IMG/VR virus record: IMGVR_UViG_2660238548_000027
Location: 1-20,335 of that record
Strand: one strand, 5' to 3'
DNA: 20,335 nucleotides
Source: a virus
Taxonomy: Duplodnaviria; Heunggongvirae; Uroviricota; Caudoviricetes
Part shown: positions 10,251-17,247 of the stretch, piece after piece
Numbering within the stretch: the stretch's first letter is position 1
Layout: each line of letters opens with the position of its first letter
Program-made: the position numbers and the translations under genes
The notes under the pieces: model-generated
Told to the model about the DNA's origin: nothing
The model's input: only the letters and a program-made list of their open reading frames with translations
Databases searched by the model: none

Positions 10251-10407
10251 TGCGTATAGCACAGTCATGCCAGAATTATGGTGGGCTGAATGGGGGTCCG
10301 AAAGGACGCCGGTACCACTTAGGCCGGTAAGACCAACTCCGTTCAGTTCACCACCATCTGATTGGTCTCAGCGGTGGTGATGTAATTCGCTAAGTGGAGA
10401 CGCCATC
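10251..10407 (+). promoter_or_regulatory. Structured 5' leader of antirepressor 1 with co-varying pairing sites
   Basis: GAAA-tetraloop hairpin GTCC-GAAA-GGAC (10296-10307); AGACCAA (10330-10336) complementary to TTGGTCT (10362-10368) in the loop of hairpin CACCACC/GGTGGTG (10349-10379); SD GGAGA 10396-10400. Confidence 0.45.
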
Positions 10408-11064
10408 ATGAACGCTCAACTCATCCCCGTATTCAACGGCACTATATCTAACGAAACAGCCCTACTTTGTAATGCCCGCGATCTGCACGCTTTTTTAGGT
10501 GTTAAAAAGGTGTTTGCAGCATGGATTACAAATCGCATATCAGAATACGAATTCATTGAAAATCAAGACTATATTTTGCTTTCCAATTTGGGAAAGCAAA
10601 CATCTGGTAGAGGCGGCCACAACCGCAAAGAGTACCACCTCACCCTTGATACAGCCAAAGAGCTGGCGATGGTCGAGCGTAACGAAAAAGGTCGTCAGGT
10701 ACGACGCTACTTCATTGAATGCGAGAAACGTTTAAGACAACAAGAAACAAAAGTGGAGAAGGTCTTGTCAGGCTTCATGCCCGCCATTATGGAGGCGATC
10801 AAGCTGGAAGACAAAAAAGAATACAGCGCCCCACTGAAGCCCGGCTACCGCAGTTTGATTCACTCGCCGTCTGGTGTTCTCGGCCTGACGGAGAACTCAC
10901 TGCTGATGAATCTGCTGAACCAGTTACAGGAAGACGGGCACGACGTATCGGGCGCGGCGGCGGAGCTGACCACCATGTTCTGCTACATCGTCGGTGTGAG
11001 CAAATGCCTGCGTGATATCCAGACGCACGCGGAGTACATCAACGACAAGGCAGGGTTCTTCTGA
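10408..11064 (+). CDS. Antirepressor, AntA-type N-terminal domain plus shared C-terminal domain, 218 aa
   Basis: SD GGAGA 7 nt upstream; N-terminal pattern LIPVFNG...[10 protein letters not shown]...FAAWITNRI typical of AntA-type domains; C-terminal ~85 aa essentially identical to the C-terminus of the minus-strand gene at 12169-12858. Confidence 0.8.
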   Translation: MNAQLIPVFNGTISNETALLCNARDLHAFLGVKKVFAAWITNRISEYEFIENQDYILLSNLGKQTSGRGGHNRKEYHLTLDTAKELAMVERNEKGRQVRRYFIECEKRLRQQETKVEKVLSGFMPAIMEAIKLEDKKEYSAPLKPGYRSLIHSPSGVLGLTENSLLMNLLNQLQEDGHDVSGAAAELTTMFCYIVGVSKCLRDIQTHAEYINDKAGFF

Positions 11065-11087
11065 CGGGCGGCGGCACAGGGACGTGC
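10822..11087 (+). repeat. Inverted repeat arm A (3' coding region of antirepressor 1 plus ~23 nt past the stop)
   Basis: Reverse-complement match to 12146-12411; identical over the 84 nt compared (10981-11064 vs 12169-12252), with a few synonymous differences further 5'. Confidence 0.8.
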
Positions 11088-11113
11088 AAAACGAAACTAG
11101 CGTGACATGTCAC

Positions 11114-11138
11114 AGGCCGCTTTCGCGGCCTTGTTTTT
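11114..11138 (+). terminator. Intrinsic terminator after antirepressor 1
   Basis: AGGCCGC-TTTC-GCGGCCT hairpin followed by TGTTTTT. Confidence 0.6.
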
Positions 11139-11298
11139 AACGAATGCCACCGCCGCCCGGGCGGGAATCCGCAGAACGCCCACCGCAGCGGGAGCCGTCA
11201 GCAGCAGTGTCGCTGTCGTGCTGACAACGACCGGCAAAGGCCTGAGTTGAAGCTACCAGAGACAACAAAACGAACAGTGCAGCAAATGCTTTTTTCAT
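11137..11298 (-). CDS. Small secreted peptide, 53 aa (signal peptide + ~31-aa mature part with 2 Cys)
   Basis: Track ORF 11137..11370 trimmed to ATG 11298 (MKKAFAALFVLLSLVASTQAFA / GRCQHDSD...); the upstream part of the track ORF overlaps a promoter-like sequence. SD weak. Confidence 0.4.
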   Translation of the reverse strand: MKKAFAALFVLLSLVASTQAFAGRCQHDSDTAADGSRCGGRSADSRPGGGGIR

Positions 11299-11311
11299 TG
11301 TGAAATTTCCA

Positions 11312-11339
11312 TCTATAAGCCACCTCAATGTGGCGTCAA
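11312..11339 (-). promoter_or_regulatory. Candidate promoter for the small peptide gene (TTGACG-N16-TATAGA on minus strand)
   Basis: -35 = reverse complement of 11334-11339, -10 = reverse complement of 11312-11317. The -10 lacks the terminal T, so weak to moderate. Confidence 0.3.
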
Positions 11340-11370
11340 TGAGTGTAGCACTGACTTTTGTTTCGTCCAC

Positions 11371-11394
11371 AAAAAAGCCCGCGCTGCGGGCTTC
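11371..11394 (-). terminator. Intrinsic terminator directly after the 210-aa cargo gene
   Basis: Minus-strand reading: GCCCGC-CAGC-GCGGGC hairpin followed by TTTTTT (plus-strand A6 at 11371-11376). Confidence 0.6.
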
Positions 11395-11396
11395 TA

Positions 11397-12029
11397 TTAA
11401 TGCAGTTTATCTTTGCTTATAACCAGTAGTCTGTGGGTATGCACATCTTTATCACTGCCCCAACAGAAATCAGCCCACTGGCTATAGAAATCATCCCATG
11501 ATGTCATGAAGCTAAGAGGTCTATCTTCTTCAGAGCCATCTGAAACGTATACATTATATCCCGGGGTGTTTATAGCCCAAGAAATCATTCTTTCCCAGAA
11601 TCTTCTCCCATCGATTGTTTGTTGCTCATCAGATACAACGATCGCATATTGCTCTAGGAAGAACTGAAAAAAAATCTGAGGCAAACCATGAACAGCACGG
11701 TCATGAATAACATTAGGCGTACGCCATACCATGATCTGCGTACATGTTCTTTTGGCTTCGACGATATCTTCCCGAAAGATTAACTTAACCGCATACACCG
11801 TTTCTGGAGTATCGCTGGTAGTAATCATTCTGTAATGATCGCCATTACAAGATTTTACAAGGCGATAACCATAAGGTGTTGTGAATCCCGGAAGAACGAA
11901 ATCAACCACACCTTTCGCTAAGTAGCTTTCGGTGTGACTAGTGTTCTTCTCAGACATGTTCAGTTTTCTATCGAAATCTGCTTCTGGGATAATGTATGGC
12001 ATCGCTTTTCTTGTTGTATTTGTTCTCAT
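11397..12029 (-). CDS. Hypothetical cytoplasmic protein, 210 aa (cargo/moron gene of unknown function)
   Basis: Strong SD GGGAGGA 5 nt upstream of ATG (12029); own terminator; visibly lower GC than flanking phage genes; no TM or signal peptide; no motif recognised. Confidence 0.7.
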   Translation of the reverse strand: MRTNTTRKAMPYIIPEADFDRKLNMSEKNTSHTESYLAKGVVDFVLPGFTTPYGYRLVKSCNGDHYRMITTSDTPETVYAVKLIFREDIVEAKRTCTQIMVWRTPNVIHDRAVHGLPQIFFQFFLEQYAIVVSDEQQTIDGRRFWERMISWAINTPGYNVYVSDGSEEDRPLSFMTSWDDFYSQWADFCWGSDKDVHTHRLLVISKDKLH

Positions 12030-12145
12030 TTCGTCCTCCCATGTTTGGCTACAGGACGTGTTTTGAAGGGAAGATTAAAAATGCTTTCTTACCCTTGAGG
12101 TAATAGTACGCTATTCACCTGCAATCTGTACAGAATTATTTAAAG

Positions 12146-12411
12146 GCACATCCCTGTGCCACCGCCCGTCAGAAGAACCCTGCCTTGTCGTTGATGTACT
12201 CCGCGTGCGTCTGGATATCACGCAGGCATTTGCTCACACCGACGATGTAGCAGAACATGGTGGTCAGCTCCGCCGCCGCGCCCGATACGTCGTGCCCATC
12301 GTCCTGTAACTGGTTCAGCAGATTCATCAGCAGTGAGTTCTCCGTCAGGCCGAGAACACCAGACGGCGAGTGAATCAGGCTGCGGTAGCCTGGCTTCAGC
12401 GGGGCGCTGTA
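12146..12411 (-). repeat. Inverted repeat arm B (3' coding region of antirepressor 2)
   Basis: Reverse complement of 10822-11087 (see arm A). Confidence 0.8.
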
Positions 12412-12858
12412 GGTTTTGTTCTCTATCTTCATCGCCTTCATCACTGCTGACGCCGTGGCGTTGGCTACCTGGTCGGCAACCATCTTTATGCGTTCTTCCT
12501 GCGGGAGCGAGTTTTTAATGTAACTTCCGGTGCGGCGGATCTGAGGAAGAACCTCACCTGTAACCCATTTACGAAAGCGGTATGGGATAGTGCCTGGTGT
12601 CACCGCATCGCGGCAGCGGAGGATCAGTGTGTAGAGGCCTGACTCGTTGATAATATTGGTTTCGCCTTGACGGCCTAAGTTAAATTTAGCCCTTTCATCA
12701 TCATCAAGAGATTTTATTGACATAGTGGGGTTTGTCAGTTGAAGAGCTTTAATAACGTCTTTGGCAACAAACCAAGGATTTCCATCAATAACAATGGCTC
12801 GAATGGTTGCTTCTGATTCAAAATGAAAAACAGATGGGGTTACGTTAGCAGTCATAGT
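12169..12858 (-). CDS. Antirepressor, Bro-N-type N-terminal domain plus shared C-terminal domain, 229 aa
   Basis: SD AAGGTGA upstream of ATG 12858 (track ORF extends to 13008 through the leader; start reassigned to MTANV). Bro-N hallmarks GNPWFVAKDV and LDDDERAKFNLGRQGE; C-terminus matches gene 10408-11064. Confidence 0.8.
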   Translation of the reverse strand, partial: TMTANVTPSVFHFESEATIRAIVIDGNPWFVAKDVIKALQLTNPTMSIKSLDDDERAKFNLGRQGETNIINESGLYTLILRCRDAVTPGTIPYRFRKWVTGEVLPQIRRTGSYIKNSLPQEERIKMVADQVANATASAVMKAMKIENKTYSAPLKPGYRSLIHSPSGVLGLTENSLLMNLLNQLQDDGHDVSGAAAELTTMFCYIVGVSKCLRDIQTHAEYINDKAGFF

Positions 12859-13002
12859 GATCACCTTTGTAGTTAGGTTAATCACCACTACCGACGCCAA
12901 TCGGTTGGTGGTGAACTGTGCAGGGTTGGCGTAACCGGCTACAAAGGACCCGGCGCACCTTTCGGTGCCCCCACACAGCCCACCATAGAATAGGTGCGTT
13001 TT
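12859..13002 (-). promoter_or_regulatory. Structured 5' leader of antirepressor 2 (copy 2 of the co-varying leader)
   Basis: Minus-strand sense: GCACC-GAAA-GGTGC hairpin; ACGCCAA (plus 12918-12924) complementary to TTGGCGT (plus 12886-12892) inside a CACCAC/GTGGTG hairpin. Confidence 0.45.
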
Positions 13003-13135
13003 ACACATAAAAAAACCGCTTATGCGGCATATGTGCCTCTGTAGTAATCCGGGACGCCAATCCCGGCACTGGATTTTGCCAGTGCCCGATTACTATGGCA
13101 CAAGAGGAGTGCGATGTAAATTTACCGCAAAGGTA
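13003..13135 (-). ncRNA. Structured leader/sRNA-like element, copy 2
   Basis: Same three-way junction as copy 1, with hairpin B loop TTGGCG instead of TTGGTC; CCGC-ATAA-GCGG hairpin + T7; identical 5' 40-nt segment TTACCTTTGCGGTAAATTTACATCGCACTCCTCTTGTGCC. Confidence 0.5.
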
Positions 13136-13167
13136 AATATAAGCACTCCACTTGGTAATTGCAAACC

Positions 13168-13425
13168 TTATCTGGTTTGTTTTCGTAATTGTTCGGCACA
13201 ATAGTCGAGATGTGTTTGCAGATCCCGCATAGACATCTGTGAGCTGGTGACGTAGTTAATCAGTGCAGTCAGTTCGGCAAGTGGGCCATCGACATTAAAT
13301 CCATCCTTATCGAGATCCCGGAGTAATTTCATCAAGTGCGATCCCTCCACCAGTGACCTGACGCCTCCCGGCGTGTGAATCCTTTCGGTAAATCCGTCTT
13401 CCAGTGGATAGTGATACTGCTGCAT
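13168..13425 (-). CDS. Small stand-alone paralogue of the antirepressor C-terminal domain, 85 aa; probable SOS-induced antirepressor
   Basis: ATG 13425 (MQQYHYPL...) with SD GGAG; track start 13443 is TTG. About 45% identity by eye to the shared C-terminal domain (IHxPxGV...AELT...RDxQTH). LexA box just upstream. Confidence 0.7.
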   Translation of the reverse strand: MQQYHYPLEDGFTERIHTPGGVRSLVEGSHLMKLLRDLDKDGFNVDGPLAELTALINYVTSSQMSMRDLQTHLDYCAEQLRKQTR

Positions 13426-13444
13426 CTTATCTTCTCCATGCAAT

Positions 13445-13464
13445 AACTGTATAAATATACAGTA
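13445..13464. promoter_or_regulatory. LexA (SOS) box AACTGTATAAATATACAGTA overlapping a promoter
   Basis: Exact CTGT-N8-ACAG palindrome with AT-rich spacer, about 20 nt upstream of the minus-strand ATG at 13425; -35-like TTGATA immediately adjacent on the minus strand. Confidence 0.7.
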
Positions 13465-13620
13465 TCAAATAATTTGTTTGCTATCCAGCACGTTTTGCGA
13501 ATCACCTGAAAGGTAATATCTGTTCGTATTTATGGGTTATATATCCATATGTGGTTTTTCAGGTAATAGAATAACCGGATATGCGGCGCAACGGGTGCTG
13601 CGACTATCCGGAGATTTAAC

Positions 13621-15714
13621 ATGACGGTCTCAACCGAAGTTGACCACAACGAATACACCGGTAACGGTGTTACAACGACATTCCCTTATACCTTCAGGAT
13701 TTTCCAGAAATCTGATTTAGTAGTGCAGGTTGTTGACCTGAACGAGAACATCACAGAGCTGATTCTTGACACTGATTACATAGTTACTGGGGCTGGAGGA
13801 TACAATGGTGGCAATATAATTCTGTCGAAGGCATTGGTTAGCGGTTATCAGATTTCTATATCACGAGAGCTCCCGTTTACGCAGGAAACTGATTTGCGTA
13901 ATCAGGGGAAGTTCTTTGCAGAAGTGCATGAGGATGCTTTTGATAAGCTAACGATGCTGATCCAGCAGGTTCGAAGTTGGTTTAGCTTGGCGCTGCGTAA
14001 GCCGTCATTCGTGGCAAATTATTATGATGCGCTTAACAATTACATCAGAAACTTACGCGATCCTTCAACCCCCCAAGATGCAGCCACTAAAAATTATGTT
14101 GATACACAGCTCAGTTCTAACCTGGGGTGTACTTTGCGCGTTCAGGAGCAGATACCGCAACTTCCTGATGCTGCCTCCCGCGCAAACAAGATGCCTGCTT
14201 TCGATAACGATGGTAACCCTATTGTTGTGCTTCCTCCATCAGGGTCTGCGTCTGACGTATTGATCGAGCTAGCCAAGCCAACTGGATCTGACTTGGTTGG
14301 TTATGGGTCACAGACGGTTAAAGCAACCCTTGATAGCCTGAATAGCATGCGGGAGGAGCTTCTTGATAAAACAGGATTTAATGCGCTGGGGCGCTTCCTT
14401 AATCTTTCAGAGCTTCGCTCCTGTGTTCCGGAGGAGGCGGGGCAGATTGTATACGTAGCATCAGCAGCTAGCACTACACATGCTGAAAACCACCTTGGTG
14501 GCGGCTTTTTCGAGTCTGTTGATAACATTCAGGCGTGGGCTGATGATGGTGGAATTGTAATCAAGCCAGAAACTGGAACGATGGTATGGAGACGAATTAA
14601 TTTTACCACTTACGACATGCAATTTTGGGGGGTGAAACCTGACGGAGTCACAGATAACGCAACAGCTATAACTCTTGCAACTAACTTTGCTCGCTCAAAC
14701 AAATGCATTCTAGAGGCTCCTGCTGGAAACATAAATACATCAAAAACAATCCCAATTTATGACAATATGGGAATTAGAGGACAGGGAAAGGCTGAAGCGA
14801 CAGTTTTTTATAAAACAACAAATGACAAAATAGATCTCACAAAAAATGGAGAAGTAATTCTTCAGGTGGATGCATTATGTGCTTTTATACCAAAGCAATG
14901 GGATCTAACAGATAACTCAATGAGTTCATTTTGTGTTAACGGTAGAGTTGAAAACTGCATGTTTAGAAGGCTTGGCTTAACACAAGAAAATGTAGATTCT
15001 TATAGAAATTATTACGGACTGTTTTTAGGAAAATCAGCAGCACCAGTTATCAGACAGTCAATTTTTGAATGTGCTTATATCGGATGCTTCTCTTATGCGC
15101 CGTTCTCTGGCGTAATGGAAATGGTCGGTTTCCCACAATATCCAGGGAAAGGATATGCTGGAGTTTTGTTTGAAGATTTTAGGGATGGTCAAATAAAAGT
15201 AATTGGCACTTCTATGGATATGCGCCTTGTTCAAGTTAATGGTTATCAGTTGTCATTTAGAATGTCCGGGATGCAATATACTACCATGACCAATTGTACA
15301 GCTGAAAACTGCACGCCAATGGATGGGGAATCAACTTGCTACGCATTTGATTTTGTAAATCCGTATTGCATTGTCATGAATACTTGTGCAACAGAATTTG
15401 TTAAAGGGGGGCAATTGCGTGTTAGCGTTCAGGGAAACCCATCATTCCGCCCATCTATTATTGTCAATGGCTTTCTACCAATTGACCAACAAAGTCCAGT
15501 AGTGCAAACACCTATAATTGATATTGACAATGGTGGTGTTGTTGAAATGAGTGTCATATTGAATGGTGGTGATTGGGCAATAAATCCATCGGCTGTAAAT
15601 TTAACTTCTCCAAAAGCAAGTGGTAATGGGTTGAAGGTAAGATTGATCGGTGTAAATGGCTCTCCTTCTTCGGTGTGGAGTGCGTCTTCTGGTGCAGAAG
15701 TAAGGGAGTTCTAA
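13621..15714 (+). CDS. Tail fibre/tailspike, 697 aa (T7-type N-terminal adaptor region; C-terminal receptor-binding, possibly enzymatic, domain)
   Basis: SD GGAG upstream; N-terminal pattern YTGNGVTTTFPYTF...LILDTDYIV and DAATKNYVD motif resemble podovirus tail-fibre N-terminal domains; Gly/Asn-rich repetitive C-terminal part. Confidence 0.75.
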   Translation: MTVSTEVDHNEYTGNGVTTTFPYTFRIFQKSDLVVQVVDLNENITELILDTDYIVTGAGGYNGGNIILSKALVSGYQISISRELPFTQETDLRNQGKFFAEVHEDAFDKLTMLIQQVRSWFSLALRKPSFVANYYDALNNYIRNLRDPSTPQDAATKNYVDTQLSSNLGCTLRVQEQIPQLPDAASRANKMPAFDNDGNPIVVLPPSGSASDVLIELAKPTGSDLVGYGSQTVKATLDSLNSMREELLDKTGFNALGRFLNLSELRSCVPEEAGQIVYVASAASTTHAENHLGGGFFESVDNIQAWADDGGIVIKPETGTMVWRRINFTTYDMQFWGVKPDGVTDNATAITLATNFARSNKCILEAPAGNINTSKTIPIYDNMGIRGQGKAEATVFYKTTNDKIDLTKNGEVILQVDALCAFIPKQWDLTDNSMSSFCVNGRVENCMFRRLGLTQENVDSYRNYYGLFLGKSAAPVIRQSIFECAYIGCFSYAPFSGVMEMVGFPQYPGKGYAGVLFEDFRDGQIKVIGTSMDMRLVQVNGYQLSFRMSGMQYTTMTNCTAENCTPMDGESTCYAFDFVNPYCIVMNTCATEFVKGGQLRVSVQGNPSFRPSIIVNGFLPIDQQSPVVQTPIIDIDNGGVVEMSVILNGGDWAINPSAVNLTSPKASGNGLKVRLIGVNGSPSSVWSASSGAEVREF

Positions 15715-15725
15715 CTATACAAACA

Positions 15726-15754
15726 TTGACATAATTAATATGTTAATCTAATCT
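15726..15754 (+). promoter_or_regulatory. Candidate sigma70 promoter of the acyltransferase gene (TTGACA-N17-TAATCT)
   Basis: Perfect -35 TTGACA 15726-15731, 17-nt spacer, -10 TAATCT 15749-15754; followed by hairpin GCCGGAA...TTCCGGC (15755-15778). Confidence 0.4.
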
Positions 15755-15784
15755 GCCGGAAATTTCAACCATTCCGGCAGAGTT

Positions 15785-16891
15785 ATGAATAATAAAGGTA
15801 ATATAATTCAAAGTCTTACATCGTTGAGAATGTTTGCAGCTCTTGGTGTTTTTGTTAGTCACCTTGGGCTATTGTCTCAATCATCAATTGGTGTGTTTAA
15901 TACTGCGGCAAAGTATTTTTTTAATGGTTATATAGGTGTGACATTTTTCTACATTCTTTCTGGTTTTATTATAAACTATAGTTTCATAAATCATGTAAAA
16001 AAAGAAGCATTCAGCAATAAAGATTTTATTGTGTACAGAATAGCAAGAATATTTCCTGTGCATATTGTAGCTCTTCTTTGCTTTATTTTAATATTTATGC
16101 ATGGTAAGATGGGGGATGGTATTAGTAAGGAAATGCTTATTTCAAATGTGTTTCTGGTGCAGTCATTTATCCCAATTCAGGATTATTATTTTTCTTTTAA
16201 CTCCGTTTCATGGAGTATCTCATGTGAGATGTTTTTCTACGTTTCATTCTGCTTCTTAACAAGGCTAAAAACAAAATATTTAGCCTGTGTTCTGTTATTT
16301 GTTCTTGTGATTAATTTCTATTTCTTAATTAACCCGCCCATAACAATATCACAGCACTGGTTGTTTTATATAAACCCAGCATTTAGAATTGGTGATTTTA
16401 TTATAGGGATGATGCTCTGTAGAGTATTTATTAATACTAGTGCAAGACCTAACAATACTGTTTGCAGTATCATTGAAATTGCATCAATATTGTCATTGCT
16501 TTTGACAGTATATATAGCAACAAACTATATTACATATATGAATATAAAGTATGATGTTCTATATATTCCTTGCATGGCATTTATAGTTATTGCCTTTGCT
16601 TTTAATGGTGGGATATTATCTAAAATTCTTAAAAATAGATTTATGGTTTTGCTTGGCGAGGCTTCTTTTTCATTTTATATGTTTCACTGGATGATTATTC
16701 AAATAGTAACAAAAATATTGAGCGTAGAAAAAGACAACTTTATCGATATGTTGGTGTATGTTGTTTTATCTTTGTTTGTTTCTATTATTGCATCAATACT
16801 ATCATTCAAGTTGATAGAAATGCCAATAAATAAAACAATAAGAAGATGTTGGAAAAAATATAGGGGGATGCAGTCTGTCAGGAGTGCATGA
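15785..16891 (+). CDS. Integral-membrane acyltransferase-3 family protein, probable O-antigen acetylase (serotype conversion)
   Basis: N-terminal LTSLRMFAALGVFVSHL (R...H motif) and FFYILSGF motif; many TM segments; strongly AT-rich coding sequence compared with neighbours. Confidence 0.8.
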   Translation: MNNKGNIIQSLTSLRMFAALGVFVSHLGLLSQSSIGVFNTAAKYFFNGYIGVTFFYILSGFIINYSFINHVKKEAFSNKDFIVYRIARIFPVHIVALLCFILIFMHGKMGDGISKEMLISNVFLVQSFIPIQDYYFSFNSVSWSISCEMFFYVSFCFLTRLKTKYLACVLLFVLVINFYFLINPPITISQHWLFYINPAFRIGDFIIGMMLCRVFINTSARPNNTVCSIIEIASILSLLLTVYIATNYITYMNIKYDVLYIPCMAFIVIAFAFNGGILSKILKNRFMVLLGEASFSFYMFHWMIIQIVTKILSVEKDNFIDMLVYVVLSLFVSIIASILSFKLIEMPINKTIRRCWKKYRGMQSVRSA

Positions 16892-16931
16892 GTATTTTTT
16901 CTTTTGTTCGTTTTAGGTGTACAAAGATTGA

Positions 16932-16968
16932 AACAGGCAACCCCACATTGATGGGGTTGCCTGTTTTC
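16932..16968. terminator. Strong hairpin terminator after the acyltransferase gene
   Basis: 14-bp perfect stem AACAGGCAACCCCA / TGGGGTTGCCTGTT with 6-nt loop, flanked by A-run and T-run. Confidence 0.65.
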
Positions 16969-17247
16969 AATGCGTTATAAAAATAAGTTTTTTTGTTATT
17001 TAAACTTTCTTTATTACTGATGAATCCTCACCAAATAAATTCAAGGTATAAGTCAATATATGGCATATAATAAATATATCTAAACTCACCTAATTATATA
17101 TAATGTAATTTTGAACACTTAATAGATAATTGCTCCTGTTCTTTCTTCCATTCATAAAATTAAATTATGTTTATCCATATATGGTTTGTTGTGTATGATA
17201 TACCCACTCAACTAAGGGGGTGTCATGAACAGTAAACGGTGGTTGCA

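Noticed and set aside
10260-10400. Possible tRNA or att-type sequence in the GC-rich hairpin region upstream of antirepressor 1
   Set aside because: No cloverleaf (no acceptor stem with T-arm GTTC motif) could be drawn; the hairpins are instead shared with the leader of antirepressor 2.
10499-11015. Track ORFs 10499..10735 and 10719..11015 (alternate frames inside antirepressor 1), and 12333..12518 inside antirepressor 2
   Set aside because: Out-of-frame overlaps within well-supported genes; the GC-rich stretch produces long open frames by chance.
12859-13008. N-terminal 50 codons of the 279-aa track ORF (start 13008)
   Set aside because: This stretch is homologous to the structured leader upstream of antirepressor 1 and has no SD; the start was moved to ATG 12858, which has SD AAGGTGA.
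13001-13204. Track ORFs 13001..13201(-) and 13022..13204(+)
   Set aside because: They coincide with the conserved hairpin-rich RNA element (copy 2); the structure conservation, not a coding frame, explains the sequence.
14024-14528. Track ORFs 14024..14263(+) and 14301..14528(-) inside the tail fibre gene
   Set aside because: Shadow ORFs within a long, well-supported coding frame.
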